64,000 nucleotides of DNA, from NCBI GenBank assembly GCA_963845065.1, contig CAWJQQ010000001.1, positions 1,184,001-1,248,000 of the forward strand, written 5' to 3'. Made by a program: the position numbers and the translations under genes. Numbering within the stretch: the stretch's first letter is position 1; every line of letters starts with the position of its first letter. Origin of the DNA: Nitrospirota bacterium. GTDB taxonomy: Bacteria; Nitrospirota; UBA9217. Positions 8,971-20,420 of this stretch are shown here, piece by piece. Under the pieces are notes generated by a model. The model worked only from the letters and a program-made list of their open reading frames with translations, was not told the origin of the DNA and did not search any database.

Positions 8971-10101
8971 ATGAGATACGTCCTCCCACCGTCTGAAAGG
9001 CCGACCGTGGCGCATGTCAATTTAGAGGCATTGTCCCATAACTACGCTGAAGTAGTACGTCATGCCGAAGGCAGGAACATCCTTGCCGTGGTTAAGGCCG
9101 GCGCTTACGGTCATGGGGCTATACCGGTTTCCCAGAGACTCCTCCATCTTGGCGCCCACATGCTCGGTGTTGCCATGGTTGAAGAGGCACGGGAGATTCG
9201 CTCGTCCGGCATTCATGCACCCATTTTGGTTATGGGGACTGTATTCCCGGAACAAGCAGAAGCGGTCATCGAACTAAAACTTATACCGGTGGTTTTCACT
9301 ATGTCATTTGCGCAGGCATTATCAGCTGTTGCAGGGACGTTGAAGATGAAAGTTCCGGTCCATATTAAGATTGATACCGGCATGGGACGAATCGGTATCC
9401 CTCCCGAAGATGCTGCTGATTTTATTACCGCGATCGGCAAACTTCCCGGCATCGACGTGCAGGGCCTGATGACTCATTTTGCCGACGCTGATCTCTGCGA
9501 TAAGGAGTATGCCTCGAAACAGATTAATCGCTTTGAATTGCTTATATCACAACTCTCTGCACAGGGGATGACGATTCCTGTCCGGCATGCAGCGAACAGT
9601 GCCGCAATTCTTGATTACCGCCGTGCGCTCTTTACTATGGTAAGGCCGGGACTCATGCTCTATGGATACAACCCCCTTGAGGGGAAAGATGAAAAAACAT
9701 ACCTAAAGCCTGTGTTGTCGCTGGTTACGCGGATAGCTTTTCTGAAAAAAGTTTCATCTGGCGTTCCGATCAGCTATGGCCGGACCTTTGTGACCAAGCG
9801 CGAAAGCCTCATTGCAACTCTCCCAATCGGGTATGCAGACGGTTACAACCGCAGACTGTCGAACGCGGGAGAGGCCATCGTGCGGGGCGTACGCGTTCCG
9901 GTTGTTGGAAGGGTATGTATGGACATGTGCATGATCGATGTGACCGATGTTCCCGGCATCAGTGAAGGTGATCCCGTTGCGCTGATAGGCAGTCAAGCCA
10001 ATGAGAGGATTACGGCAGATGACATAGCTAAAAAGACGGGAACAATTGCATACGAGGTGCTTTGTGGTATCAGTAGTCGAGTCCCGCGAGTTTATCTATA
10101 G
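8971..10101 (+). CDS. alr: Alanine racemase
   Basis: AVVKAGAYGHG (PLP Lys), HIKIDTGMGRIG, VRPGLMLYG, ISYG, GYADG, GRVCMD. Confidence 0.96.
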   Translation: MRYVLPPSERPTVAHVNLEALSHNYAEVVRHAEGRNILAVVKAGAYGHGAIPVSQRLLHLGAHMLGVAMVEEAREIRSSGIHAPILVMGTVFPEQAEAVIELKLIPVVFTMSFAQALSAVAGTLKMKVPVHIKIDTGMGRIGIPPEDAADFITAIGKLPGIDVQGLMTHFADADLCDKEYASKQINRFELLISQLSAQGMTIPVRHAANSAAILDYRRALFTMVRPGLMLYGYNPLEGKDEKTYLKPVLSLVTRIAFLKKVSSGVPISYGRTFVTKRESLIATLPIGYADGYNRRLSNAGEAIVRGVRVPVVGRVCMDMCMIDVTDVPGISEGDPVALIGSQANERITADDIAKKTGTIAYEVLCGISSRVPRVYL

Positions 10102-10864
10102 AGTATTGGAAACGACGGGCCGAAAGACGTCGGCTTTGTTTACTGAGATCGGATCCGTTCTTATTTTTCTCGGGCAGACGCTTCGTTGGACATTCAGTCC
10201 TCCGTTAGATGTCAAAAGCCTTCTGAAACAGATGGAACAGATCGGCTTCAATTCGATTCCCGTCGTGATAACCACGGCTCTTTCCACTGGCATGGTGCTT
10301 GCGCTCCAGAGCTACACTGGATTCAAGAGGTTCGGTGCAGAGACGCTCATAGGTACGGTAGTTTCGCTCTCCATGACCAGGGAACTGGGGCCCGTGTTAA
10401 CAGGCCTCATGGTCGCCGGCAGGGCAGGTGCGGCTATGGCCGCGGAACTCGGTACGATGCGCGTGACCGAGCAGATTGACGCGCTGTCCACTCTTGCCAC
10501 AAACCCGATGAAATATTTGGTCGTGCCCAGGTTTGTGGCAAGCACCCTTATGATGTTTTTTCTTACGGCATTGGGCATGATCGTCGGTATAACTGGCGGC
10601 TATTTTGTCGGCGTAAAAGTGCTTGGGTCTAATCCGGTCACCTACATCAACAATAGCATAAACAATACCGAGGTGACGGACATCTGGTACGGGTTGGTCA
10701 AAGCGCTTGTGTTCGGCGCTGTCGTCGGGCTCATCGGCTGTTACAAAGGATTTAACACGGAAGGCGGCGCAGAGGGCGTGGGCAAGGCAACAACCGGCGC
10801 CGTGGTGATTTCCTGTATGCTCATCCTAATCCTGGATTATTTCTTGTCAGCCGTGTTGTGGTGA
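10064..10864 (+). CDS. mlaE: MlaE-family ABC permease
   Basis: RELGPVLTGLMVAGRAGAAMAAELGTMRVTEQIDAL, GGAEGVGKATT; GTG 10064 follows GAGG and overlaps the end of alr. Confidence 0.93.
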   Translation: MVSVVESREFIYRVLETTGRKTSALFTEIGSVLIFLGQTLRWTFSPPLDVKSLLKQMEQIGFNSIPVVITTALSTGMVLALQSYTGFKRFGAETLIGTVVSLSMTRELGPVLTGLMVAGRAGAAMAAELGTMRVTEQIDALSTLATNPMKYLVVPRFVASTLMMFFLTALGMIVGITGGYFVGVKVLGSNPVTYINNSINNTEVTDIWYGLVKALVFGAVVGLIGCYKGFNTEGGAEGVGKATTGAVVISCMLILILDYFLSAVLW

Positions 10865-10868
10865 TGCA

Positions 10869-11621
10869 ATGGCGATGATCGAGGTCATCGATGTGCATAA
10901 AAGCTTCGGCGAACTACATGTGCTCCGAGGCGTGAACCTTGCCGTGGAAAAGGGCGAGAGCATGACAGTGATCGGAGGTAGCGGCAGCGGCAAGAGCGTG
11001 CTGCTGAAGCATATCATTGGGCTCCTTTTTCCAGACAGGGGAAGGGTAGTCGTTGATGGTCAGGTGCTTAACGACCTTGATGATTACAGCTTGAACGAGC
11101 TCAGAAAAAAATTCGGCATGCTGTTTCAAATGGCGGCACTCTTTGATTCACTTTCGGTCTGGGAGAATGTGGGGTTCTCCCTCAAGCAGCACACAAAAAT
11201 GTCGAACAGGGAAATCAGAACGGTAGCGACCGAAAAGCTGGCGCTCGTAGGGCTTAAGGATATTGAGGACAAGATGCCGGTGGAACTTTCAGGGGGGATG
11301 AAAAAGAGGGTAGGACTCGCGCGCGCTATCTGTATGAATGCCGACATTATCCTCTTTGATGAGCCTACGACGGGTCTGGACCCGATTGCTGCCGACGCTA
11401 TCAATGATTTAATCGTAGATCTTCGGAAGAAACTCGGAGTGACATCTGTTTCTATTACTCACGACATGCACAGTGCATACAAGATATCGGACCGTATCGC
11501 CATGCTGTATAAAGGTGAGATCCTGGAAATCGGAACGCCTGAGCAAATCAAAAACACGGAGAATCCGATCGTCCGCCAGTTTATTACAGGAAGCGCGATA
11601 GGGCCGATAACGGCAGAATGA
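10869..11621 (+). CDS. mlaF: MlaF-family ABC ATPase
   Basis: GGSGSGKS, LSGGMKKRVGLARA, FDEPTTGLDP. Confidence 0.93.
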   Translation: MAMIEVIDVHKSFGELHVLRGVNLAVEKGESMTVIGGSGSGKSVLLKHIIGLLFPDRGRVVVDGQVLNDLDDYSLNELRKKFGMLFQMAALFDSLSVWENVGFSLKQHTKMSNREIRTVATEKLALVGLKDIEDKMPVELSGGMKKRVGLARAICMNADIILFDEPTTGLDPIAADAINDLIVDLRKKLGVTSVSITHDMHSAYKISDRIAMLYKGEILEIGTPEQIKNTENPIVRQFITGSAIGPITAE

Positions 11622-11716
11622 TTCTAATGCAGTTGTGAAGTAAGGCTTTAGATTGTTTTTTTTGCAGTATAATATTTTTATATATAGTCCGAAATCCGAA
11701 TTAGAACGGAGTTCGT

Positions 11717-13126
11717 ATGGCCAAACTAAGCGCAGAAGCAAAGGTGGGTTTGTTGGTTATTGCGGGTGCAGTTATCCTGCTATACATGACCTTTGCTGTC
11801 GGCAAGTACCAGTTTGGAGAGCGGAAGGGATATCTTCTGCAAGCAACCTTTGACTCGGTAGCAGGTCTCGATGTCAAGGCAACCGTTCGGATGGCCGGTG
11901 TGAAAATTGGCACTGTTGAGAAAGTAGAGCTTGATGACAGCCGCGCGAGAGTGACCATGAGGATCGACCAGGATGTGCACATTCCGCGCGAGACCGAAGC
12001 CATGATAAGCACCTTAGGGTTGTTAGGCGAAAAATATGTCGAGTTTGTCCCGGTCAAGAACAGAACACCCGAGCAATCTTTGCCGGGCGAATCTCCCTTT
12101 TACGGTCCGGGCGATCAAGTGCAGAAGACGATAGCACCGAGCGATGTGGATAAACTCATCAACCAGCTATCTGCAATATCGGATGATGTGAAACAGATCA
12201 CGGGATCGCTTCGCCAGGTTCTTGGCACCCAGCAGGGCGAACAATCCATGGCGGATATGGTCCATGATCTACGTGAGACCACAGCTAATATCAAGGAATT
12301 CTCCTATACCCTGAATAACAACGGCAGCGAACTGGTCATGAGACTGAACGAACTTGTAGCCAGCCTTAATGGTGTCGTCAACGATAACCGCGATAATCTC
12401 AAAGTGACCATGGAAAATGTGAGAGAGGCGTCGAAAAAAGCTGAACTGGCCCTGAATTCCATTGAAAACACTGCAAAGAAGATCGATAGTGGAGAAGGTA
12501 CGATCGGCAAACTTATCAATAACGACAGCATGTACACCAACATAGACAACGCCGCTAAGGGGCTCGACGATTACGTGTCACGGATCGCGCGTATGAAAAC
12601 GATCGTCGGGTTCCGGTCTGAATATATGTTTCCGCAGTCCAAGAGTTACGCTACTCTGGAAATTATGCCGCGGCCGGACACTTACTATATCCTGGAAGCA
12701 ACATCTGATCCATTCGGCAACTTTACATTTCAGCAGACGACAGAAACTCCGCCCGGCGGTACTGTCACGACAGAGACCTATCAAGAGACATTTAAATTTA
12801 GCATTGAATTCGCAAAGAGGTGGGGGAATCTTGCCCTTCGTCTCGGTCTTATAGAATCCACAGGCGGCGTCGGCGCAGACTATTATGCTTTTGACGACCG
12901 GGTCAAATTCAGCCTGGACTCCTGGAACTTCAACAGTCAAGAGCCTGGCAACTTAAATCCCCATCTGAAGGCAACGGCAAGCTACAGCTTAAATAAGTAT
13001 CTCTTCGTGGAAGCAGGGTATGATAACTTCATGAACCCCCAGCGTAAGGCAGCCCTGGTCGGAGTCGGTCTGCGGTTTGATGATGAAGACCTGAAATATC
13101 TTCTGGGAAGCGTTCCTATCAAGTAA
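11717..13126 (+). CDS. mlaD: MlaD/MCE protein with long helical region and C-terminal beta-rich domain
   Basis: EAKVG TM anchor, MCE motifs VAGL..KATVRMAGVKIGTV and GLLGEKYV, GEGTIGKL helical region, amphipathic beta-strand C-terminus. Confidence 0.88.
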   Translation: MAKLSAEAKVGLLVIAGAVILLYMTFAVGKYQFGERKGYLLQATFDSVAGLDVKATVRMAGVKIGTVEKVELDDSRARVTMRIDQDVHIPRETEAMISTLGLLGEKYVEFVPVKNRTPEQSLPGESPFYGPGDQVQKTIAPSDVDKLINQLSAISDDVKQITGSLRQVLGTQQGEQSMADMVHDLRETTANIKEFSYTLNNNGSELVMRLNELVASLNGVVNDNRDNLKVTMENVREASKKAELALNSIENTAKKIDSGEGTIGKLINNDSMYTNIDNAAKGLDDYVSRIARMKTIVGFRSEYMFPQSKSYATLEIMPRPDTYYILEATSDPFGNFTFQQTTETPPGGTVTTETYQETFKFSIEFAKRWGNLALRLGLIESTGGVGADYYAFDDRVKFSLDSWNFNSQEPGNLNPHLKATASYSLNKYLFVEAGYDNFMNPQRKAALVGVGLRFDDEDLKYLLGSVPIK

Positions 13127-13146
13127 CGAATAAGACCGGTCTTACC

Positions 13147-13175
13147 TTGACATTTACGGGACAGTTTCATAGAAT
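13147..13175 (+). promoter_or_regulatory. Sigma70-type promoter for galU
   Basis: TTGACA (13147-13152), 17 nt, TAGAAT (13170-13175), then AAGGAG RBS and GTG 13194. Confidence 0.72.
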
Positions 13176-13193
13176 ACGGCAAAGGAGCGTAGT

Positions 13194-14063
13194 GTGAATA
13201 AACAGATTACGAAAGCAGTTTTTCCCGCTGCAGGCTTGGGGACCCGATTTCTGCCGGCAACAAAAGCCTCTCCGAAAGAGATGATGCCGCTCGTCGACAA
13301 ACCGCTTATCCAGTATGTCGTTGAGGAGGCTGTATCGTCTGGCATCGACCAGGTTGTCGTTATTACCGGTCGTGGTAAACGGGCGATCGAGGACCACTTC
13401 GATGTTGCCTTCGAACTCGAAGAGGATCTTAAGGCGAAAGGCAAACACAAATTACTTTCGGAAATGCAGCGGATAGCCAACCTCGTGACATTCTGCTATA
13501 TCCGCCAGAAAAAGGCGTTGGGACTCGGCCACGCGGTTTTAATGGCGAAACGCGTTATTGGTGACGAGCCTTTTGCGGTGCTTCTCGGCGACGATATCAT
13601 CGATGCTGAAGTCCCGGCACTGCGTCAGATGATGGAGGTCTACACGCGTTATCCGGCCACAATCTTGGCCATTCAGAAGGTTCCAAAGTCCCAAACCCAG
13701 CAATACGGCATTATCGACGGGAAAAAAATAGAGGATGGGATTTATCTCGTTCGAGATCTCATAGAAAAGCCGTCACCCGACGAAGCACCGTCCAACTTAG
13801 CGATCATTGGCCGTTACATACTTACACCGGAAATTTTCCTTTCCCTGGAAAATACTAAACCGGGAAAGGGCGGAGAAATCCAACTTACTGACGGACTCAA
13901 ACACTTGATGAAAAAACAGCCGATTTATGCCTATGAATTTAACGGTGCACGGCATGACGCTGGCGACAAGCTCGGCTTTCTCAAGGCCACTGTGGAGTTC
14001 GGATTGAAGAATGGGGAGTTCGGTGACGAGTTTAGAAATTATTTGAAAAAGTTGAAGTTATAG
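13194..14063 (+). CDS. galU: UTP-glucose-1-phosphate uridylyltransferase
   Basis: KAVFPAAGLGTRFLPATKASPKEM, GLGHAV, IEKP, GEIQLTD. Confidence 0.96.
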   Translation: MNKQITKAVFPAAGLGTRFLPATKASPKEMMPLVDKPLIQYVVEEAVSSGIDQVVVITGRGKRAIEDHFDVAFELEEDLKAKGKHKLLSEMQRIANLVTFCYIRQKKALGLGHAVLMAKRVIGDEPFAVLLGDDIIDAEVPALRQMMEVYTRYPATILAIQKVPKSQTQQYGIIDGKKIEDGIYLVRDLIEKPSPDEAPSNLAIIGRYILTPEIFLSLENTKPGKGGEIQLTDGLKHLMKKQPIYAYEFNGARHDAGDKLGFLKATVEFGLKNGEFGDEFRNYLKKLKL

Positions 14064-14124
14064 AATCTTTAAAACTCAAGGTGCTATTTTGTGCAGGGGA
14101 AGCGTTTAAAACAAGGAGGCTAGC

Positions 14125-16536
14125 TTGGCTAAAACCGAGACAAAAAACATAGATCTCCAACAATCTATTGAGATACCCAAGAAGATTCCCTTGCTTCCTA
14201 TCAGAGATATTGTTGTTTTCCCGTACATGGTGCTGCCGCTGTTTGTAGGACGGGAGATGTCCATCAAGGCGATCGAAGTTGCGCTCGAGGGGAACAGGAT
14301 GATCTTCCTGACATCACAGAAGGACATCAATGTAGAGAACCCAGCGCCGTCAGATTTGTACACAGTAGGCACGGTAGGGGTGATCATGCGGATGCTGAAA
14401 CTTCCGGACGGTCGCATCAAAATCCTCGTACAAGGGGTTGCTCGGGCAAAAACGGCCAAGTTCCTCCAGAAAGAACCCTTCTATCAGGTCGAGATCAAGA
14501 CCTATCCTGACGTAGCGGCTGCTATCAATCTCGAAACCGAAGCGCTTATGCGCAATGTGAAAGAGCAGATCGAGAAACTAGTTTCTTTCGGAAAGGTCAT
14601 TCTTCCGGACATTATGGTGGTCATTGAGAATGTGGACGATCCCGGAAAGTTGGCAGACCTAGCTGTTGCAAATATGGGGCTTAAGGTGGAGCAGGCCCAG
14701 GAGATCCTAGAAATCGCCGACCCTGTACAGAGAATCAAACGCATTAATGAGGCGCTCGGGAAAGAGATCGAACTTTTGTCTATGCAGCAGAAGATCCAGG
14801 CAGATGTCCGGGGTGAGATAGACAAGACGCAACGCGAGTACTTTTTGCGCGAGCAGCTCAAGGCGATCCAGCGTGAATTGGGCGAGACGGATGACCGTTC
14901 CGAGGACATCCGAGAACTTCGGGAAAAGATAAAAGACGCTAAGATGCCCGAGAAAGGCGCCAAGGAGGCCGAGAAGCAGCTCCGCAGACTTGAACGCATG
15001 CACCCGGATGCAGCAGAAGCTTCCATGACGCGGACGTATATAGAATGGCTGGCAGAGATACCGTGGAGCAAGGCGACTAAGGACAACCTCGATCTCAAGG
15101 CTGCCCATAAGGTGCTCGAAGAAGATCACTACGACCTCGAAAAAGTAAAAGAACGCATTCTCGAATACCTTTCCGTACGCAAGCTTAAGGAAAAGATGAA
15201 GGGACCGATCCTTTGTTTTGTAGGACCGCCGGGAGTCGGCAAAACATCTCTTGGTAAATCGATTGCCCGATCTCTTGGCAGGGAGTTTGTACGAATTTCA
15301 CTCGGCGGTGTGCGTGACGAGGCGGAGATCCGCGGTCACCGGCGCACCTATGTCGGCGCGCTTCCCGGAAGGATAATTCAAGGCATCAAGACGTCAGGCT
15401 ATAATAATCCCGTGTTCATGCTCGACGAGATAGATAAAATCGGCGCCGATTTTCGAGGAGATCCTTCTGCTGCACTGCTCGAGGTCCTCGATCCAGAACA
15501 AAACAATTCATTCAGCGATCACTATATAGGACTGCCTTTTGACCTTTCACGGGTCATGTTTATTACTACCGCGAACATGACTGACCCGATTCCTAGCCCG
15601 CTTAAAGACAGGATGGAAATTATCCATCTTTCCGGTTACACGGAACAGGAGAAACTTGGCATTGCAAAGAGTTATTTGGTTCCACGGCAGTTGGAGGAGC
15701 ACGGTATAACGGAAAAAAACATCAGTATTCCCGATAAGACCATATTCGAGGTCATTTCGCAGTATACGCGCGAGGCGGGCGTTCGCAATCTCGAACGTGA
15801 GATCGGACATCTGTGCCGCAAGGTAGCTAGAAAAGTGGCGGAAGGAGAAACCAACCTGTTTACGATCACACCTCAGAACCTCCACAAATACCTCGGCGTT
15901 CCTAAATATTTGCCGGAAGTCGAACGGGACAAGGATGAAATCGGTGTAGTGACCGGACTGGCCTGGACCGAAACAGGCGGTGATATCCTGTATATCGAAG
16001 CGACGACCATGCGGGGCAAGGGGAATCTCACACTCACCGGACATCTTGGCGACGTGATGAAGGAGTCAGCCCATGCAGCGCTCACCTATGTCCGGTCGCG
16101 CGCTGGTCTCCTCGGCATTCAGCCGGATGTATTCGGTAAAACGGACGTTCATATCCATGTACCCGCCGGTGCTATTCCTAAGGACGGCCCATCAGCCGGC
16201 GTAACGATGGCAACGGCTCTAGCATCGGTATTCACGAATGCGCCTGTCAAGAAGGACCTTGCCATGACCGGTGAGGTGACACTGAGGGGCAGGGTGCTCC
16301 CGATCGGCGGACTCAAGGAAAAGACACTCGCTGCCCGTAGGGCGGGGATCAAGACGATGATCATCCCGAAGGAGAATGAAAAGGATCTGGATGATATTCC
16401 TAAGTACCTTCGGAAAGACATGCATTTTATCTTTGCAACGACTATGGATGATGTTATATCAACGGCTCTTAGGAAAAAAGTAGTGCGAAGAATTCCGCAT
16501 AAAAGCCTGCCCGGCAGATCAAAGGCCACGCATTGA
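14125..16536 (+). CDS. lon: ATP-dependent protease La
   Basis: LON N-domain, [30 protein letters not shown] (catalytic Ser), IGGLKEK. Confidence 0.97.
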   Translation: MAKTETKNIDLQQSIEIPKKIPLLPIRDIVVFPYMVLPLFVGREMSIKAIEVALEGNRMIFLTSQKDINVENPAPSDLYTVGTVGVIMRMLKLPDGRIKILVQGVARAKTAKFLQKEPFYQVEIKTYPDVAAAINLETEALMRNVKEQIEKLVSFGKVILPDIMVVIENVDDPGKLADLAVANMGLKVEQAQEILEIADPVQRIKRINEALGKEIELLSMQQKIQADVRGEIDKTQREYFLREQLKAIQRELGETDDRSEDIRELREKIKDAKMPEKGAKEAEKQLRRLERMHPDAAEASMTRTYIEWLAEIPWSKATKDNLDLKAAHKVLEEDHYDLEKVKERILEYLSVRKLKEKMKGPILCFVGPPGVGKTSLGKSIARSLGREFVRISLGGVRDEAEIRGHRRTYVGALPGRIIQGIKTSGYNNPVFMLDEIDKIGADFRGDPSAALLEVLDPEQNNSFSDHYIGLPFDLSRVMFITTANMTDPIPSPLKDRMEIIHLSGYTEQEKLGIAKSYLVPRQLEEHGITEKNISIPDKTIFEVISQYTREAGVRNLEREIGHLCRKVARKVAEGETNLFTITPQNLHKYLGVPKYLPEVERDKDEIGVVTGLAWTETGGDILYIEATTMRGKGNLTLTGHLGDVMKESAHAALTYVRSRAGLLGIQPDVFGKTDVHIHVPAGAIPKDGPSAGVTMATALASVFTNAPVKKDLAMTGEVTLRGRVLPIGGLKEKTLAARRAGIKTMIIPKENEKDLDDIPKYLRKDMHFIFATTMDDVISTALRKKVVRRIPHKSLPGRSKATH

Positions 16537-16582
16537 GCGTTTGGGATAATCGCATAACAGTAGCGAGATATCAGAATTATCG

Positions 16583-17584
16583 ATGAAACTGTCTTCATTA
16601 GGAGAATTCGGGCTGATTGATTACATCCAGAAGTTGGCTGCACGGCATTCATCTTCCGTGATTATCGGCATGGGAGATGATGCCGCAGCGTTAAAGATCG
16701 CTTCCTCATCAATTCTGCTTGCAACCACCGATATGCTGCTTGAGGACGTCCACTTCGACCTCTCCTATACGGATTATTATTCTCTCGGATGGAAATCAGC
16801 TGCCGTTAATCTCAGCGACATCGCGGCGATGGGTGGTACACCCCGGTTTTGCCTGACCTCACTCGGCATCCCGTCCTCTGTGTCGGTTGAACAAGTAAGG
16901 GATTTTTACCGTGGGTTCAGCACTGTACTTCGAACTCATCATGTTCTCCTCGTAGGAGGTGATACATGTTCATCCAGGGAAAAGCTTGTGGTCAATGTCG
17001 TCGTGCTCGGAGAATCCAAGAAAACGCAGATCGTAGCAAGGGTCGGCGCCGAACCCGGAGACAGAATCTTTGTTACGGGCACATTAGGTGACTCCGCGGC
17101 AGGATTGGAGCTGCTTAGAACAAGAGTACGGAGCAAGAGACAGGGGCCGTGGGAAAAGAAGCTGACTCAGAGGCATTTGCGACCCAAACCACGTGTAGAA
17201 TGGGGTATAAAGATCGCACGTGCCCGGTGTGCCCATGCCATGATCGACATCAGCGATGGACTTTCTTCCGACCTGGCTCATATTTGCGAGAAGAGTGGGG
17301 TGGGAGCAAAAATTTATTACGATAACCTTCCCTGTTCCCGGTCCTTGCGCGTAGCAGGGGTTAAACTCGTCAAGACACCGATGCAATACGCACTGTCGGG
17401 CGGTGAAGACTATGAACTTCTCTTTACGGCACCGCCAAGGTATGGAAAAAAACTGAAAACCCTTGGAGTGCCCTTGTCTGAAATAGGCGAAATAACAAGT
17501 TCAAAAAAATTGGTTCTTGTTGACCGGCACGGCATCACGAAACCGCTTGTAGCTGCCGGCTATGATCACTTTGCACGCTCATAA
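16583..17584 (+). CDS. thiL: Thiamine-monophosphate kinase
   Basis: [41 protein letters not shown]. Confidence 0.95.
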   Translation: MKLSSLGEFGLIDYIQKLAARHSSSVIIGMGDDAAALKIASSSILLATTDMLLEDVHFDLSYTDYYSLGWKSAAVNLSDIAAMGGTPRFCLTSLGIPSSVSVEQVRDFYRGFSTVLRTHHVLLVGGDTCSSREKLVVNVVVLGESKKTQIVARVGAEPGDRIFVTGTLGDSAAGLELLRTRVRSKRQGPWEKKLTQRHLRPKPRVEWGIKIARARCAHAMIDISDGLSSDLAHICEKSGVGAKIYYDNLPCSRSLRVAGVKLVKTPMQYALSGGEDYELLFTAPPRYGKKLKTLGVPLSEIGEITSSKKLVLVDRHGITKPLVAAGYDHFARS

Positions 17585-17689
17585 CTACCGCAGATGGGGC
17601 TTGTCGGTTCTTTACTAGTGGACTAAAACTCCTTTCGCTTATACAAAGGATTTTATTCGAAACGATAATTTTGGTGCGAGACTGAAGAA

Positions 17690-18373
17690 ATGAAAATATC
17701 CGTCGTTGTTCCGGTATTCAATGAACGAAATACTATTGAATCGATCATGGACCGCATTAAAGCTGTCCCTCTTGACAAGGAAATAATCGTCGTCGATGAT
17801 TTTTCGAGTGACGGTACGCGGGATATTCTGAGCAAAATGAATGGCGATATGGTAAAAGTAATTTTTCACGAAAAGAACATGGGGAAAGGTGCAGCGTTAA
17901 GGACCGGTTTTAACAACGTAACCAATGATATTGTAATAGTTCAGGATGCCGACCTTGAATACGATCCCGGCGAATACCACAAACTGATTAAGCCTATTGT
18001 GGACGGCAATGCAGACGTCGTGTATGGTTCTCGATTCATGGGTTCAGAGCCTCATCGGGTCCATTATTTCTGGCACATGGTTGGGAACAAAGTTTTGACC
18101 TCTCTATCCAATATGCTCACGAATCTTAGTCTTACTGATATGGAAACATGCTATAAAGTATTTAGACGTGACATCTTAAAGAACATTACGATCGAGGAAA
18201 ACAGGTTCGGCTTTGAGCCTGAAATAACAGCAAAGCTGGCTAAAATGGATTTAAAGATATATGAGGTAGGCATCTCCTATGCCGGTCGAAGCTACAAAGA
18301 AGGAAAAAAAATTAATTGGAGAGATGGATTCTCCGCAATACGGTGTATCATAAAGTATAATCTGCTTCGATAA
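17690..18373 (+). CDS. GT2 glycosyltransferase, polyprenol-phosphate sugar synthase (DPM1-like)
   Basis: VDDFSSDGT, NMGKGAAL, QDADLEYDP, VYGSRF, TDMETCYK, FGFEPE, EGKKINWRDG. Confidence 0.85.
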   Translation: MKISVVVPVFNERNTIESIMDRIKAVPLDKEIIVVDDFSSDGTRDILSKMNGDMVKVIFHEKNMGKGAALRTGFNNVTNDIVIVQDADLEYDPGEYHKLIKPIVDGNADVVYGSRFMGSEPHRVHYFWHMVGNKVLTSLSNMLTNLSLTDMETCYKVFRRDILKNITIEENRFGFEPEITAKLAKMDLKIYEVGISYAGRSYKEGKKINWRDGFSAIRCIIKYNLLR

Positions 18374-18526
18374 AGGAACAATCGAAAATCCTGTAGATGA
18401 AAGTCAGCGGGAAAGGAAAATGAGTATTGCGTTTTAGCGAAAGGAAAATCGTGCTGTCGCCTACGATATGTTTAAAAACAATAGGATGTCTGTTTTAACA
18501 AGACTGTTGATTGCATATCATTCAGT

Positions 18527-18985
18527 ATGAAAAAAAATCGTTATATTAGAGAGCGGCTTAGGGCTCTCCTTGATCTGAATGATCCGCCACACAAACTCGC
18601 ACTTGCTTTTGCGCTTGGCGTATTCGTCGCATTTTCTCCGACGGTAGGGCTGCATATAGTGAGTTGCTTTTTTTTAGCATGGGCATTTCGCGTAAGCAAA
18701 GTCGTCGTTTTAAGCGCGTCATTCATCAACAATCCATGGACAGTCGTTCCACTGTACGGACTTTGCATCTGGTTTGGCATTAAAATAACGGGGAACAACG
18801 TTCCCGTCCCTCATATCCCCTGGAACGAACTCACCATTTCCACAGTGTACTTCACTGTAAAGCCTTATCTTTGGCCGTTCGTTGCAGGGACCCTCGTTCT
18901 TGGAGCAATTGTCGCCGTTCTCGCATATTTTGGTTTTTTCTGGGCAGTTGTTCGATATCGTAAACTGAAAGAAACAATCGGTTAG
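18527..18985 (+). CDS. DUF2062-family membrane protein
   Basis: PHKLALAFALGVFVAFSP.VGLH and FINNPWT..PLY pattern. Confidence 0.75.
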   Translation: MKKNRYIRERLRALLDLNDPPHKLALAFALGVFVAFSPTVGLHIVSCFFLAWAFRVSKVVVLSASFINNPWTVVPLYGLCIWFGIKITGNNVPVPHIPWNELTISTVYFTVKPYLWPFVAGTLVLGAIVAVLAYFGFFWAVVRYRKLKETIG

Positions 18986-18998
18986 TTGCCTGTCTGTA

Positions 18999-20420
18999 CT
19001 AATTTCTTTTCTTTTTTCTGGGAGTGAATCCTGCGATGCGAGGTTTTTTTTGTTCGATCGACAGCGATATTCTCTTAAACAGGAGAATCGTGAGAAGGCC
19101 GATGACAGGATAGAAAGTAAGTATGTTGCGGAAAAACACAGTTCCCTGTGAAAAGTGATAGTAATAAAATGTTGTAAACATATACAACGCAACGAAAAAG
19201 GCGGCATAGGATATCACCACAAGAAAGATGTGCACGAATTCCTGTGACGGTTTTCCTCCCAACAAGAGAAGTAGTGGAAAAAAAATGATGATGACATTGA
19301 AGTTTTCCAAGGAATAGAGTTGTTGAAGTGCAGGTACGAGGATTTCGGGATGAAAAGTAAACTCAAGTTTTATATGGTTAGCGCCCAATCCGAGAGCACG
19401 CGAAAATTTAAAAAAATACCAGGGTGCGATCAAGAGCAGGGGAACAGCCAGCTTAATAGTCTCATATCGTTTTTTTAGTATATCGATCGAGTTTCTCCAG
19501 ATGTAAATGACCGCTGATATGCACAGTGGGGCGACAAAAAACAACGCCTCGTCTTTTGTGAAGAGAGCCTCGGCTGAGAATACTCCGGTTAGAATCCAGA
19601 AAGCTTCTCTGCCACGCATAGCATAGAGAAATGACATCGCTGCCAGCAGAAGATAAACGCTCAAGGCTAAATCAGAATAAGCCTCTATGGCGTGATAGGA
19701 CATGAGTTGAGAACTCAAAAAAACCACCAACATCATCATTGCGATGATAGTGTTTAGCTCCTTTCGTGCTATGAGGTAGAGACAGCCAGCCAGACACAGC
19801 AGGTAAACGGGATTCCAGAATTTAACCAGAACCTCGTCGAAGCCACCATGCCAGAGACTGATCCACATCTGCATCATCGGATTATGGAGGGGATAGGCAG
19901 TAATCCGTAGGACTGCACCGCTAGCAAAAAAATCCTGAGGGGGTGAATCAAGCAGCAAACTTTTTGTAGCATAGAAGAGCTTGGCGCCAACTGACCAGTT
20001 CGCCCATGCATCCCAGGCAAATATCGGCCTCAATCCAGTCTCTACAAAGACAGAAAACAGCTTTGCACCGGCCCACAGTAGCAATAAAACTACTGCGACT
20101 TTCCTAACACGAGGGATGTTGGGTGAGAGAAGCTCGTCTCGAAGACCTGATGATAGTTTCGGCACAATGGTTATTTTTTGTATTACGATCAAGACGGATA
20201 GAAAGACAATTTCGACAAAAATAGGAAGCGAAGTGTTTACCAGGATCAATTGTACGCGCAGAAGTCCGAGAATAAACATTTGCATTGTAAGGAGCCCTGT
20301 GCCAAGAGGGTAGGAGAAACAAAGTCGCTCTATTAAACCGGTATCATGTTCATTCCGCAGCAGTACGGCAAGAACAAGAAAACCGAGCAGCGTGGGCAGG
20401 AAAAGGGAGATGACCGTCAC
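18999..20420 (-). CDS. Polytopic membrane protein, probable GT-C fold glycosyltransferase
   Basis: About 12 or more hydrophobic segments; acidic loop FAWDAWANW, YPLHNP, TKDEA resembling the TKNEG motif of GT39/GT83-like proteins. Confidence 0.6.
   Translation of the reverse strand: MTVISLFLPTLLGFLVLAVLLRNEHDTGLIERLCFSYPLGTGLLTMQMFILGLLRVQLILVNTSLPIFVEIVFLSVLIVIQKITIVPKLSSGLRDELLSPNIPRVRKVAVVLLLLWAGAKLFSVFVETGLRPIFAWDAWANWSVGAKLFYATKSLLLDSPPQDFFASGAVLRITAYPLHNPMMQMWISLWHGGFDEVLVKFWNPVYLLCLAGCLYLIARKELNTIIAMMMLVVFLSSQLMSYHAIEAYSDLALSVYLLLAAMSFLYAMRGREAFWILTGVFSAEALFTKDEALFFVAPLCISAVIYIWRNSIDILKKRYETIKLAVPLLLIAPWYFFKFSRALGLGANHIKLEFTFHPEILVPALQQLYSLENFNVIIIFFPLLLLLGGKPSQEFVHIFLVVISYAAFFVALYMFTTFYYYHFSQGTVFFRNILTFYPVIGLLTILLFKRISLSIEQKKPRIAGFTPRKKKRN

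Noticed and set aside
14502..15098. 198-aa Ser-rich minus-strand ORF
   Set aside because: Typical antisense reading of Glu/Lys-rich lon codons
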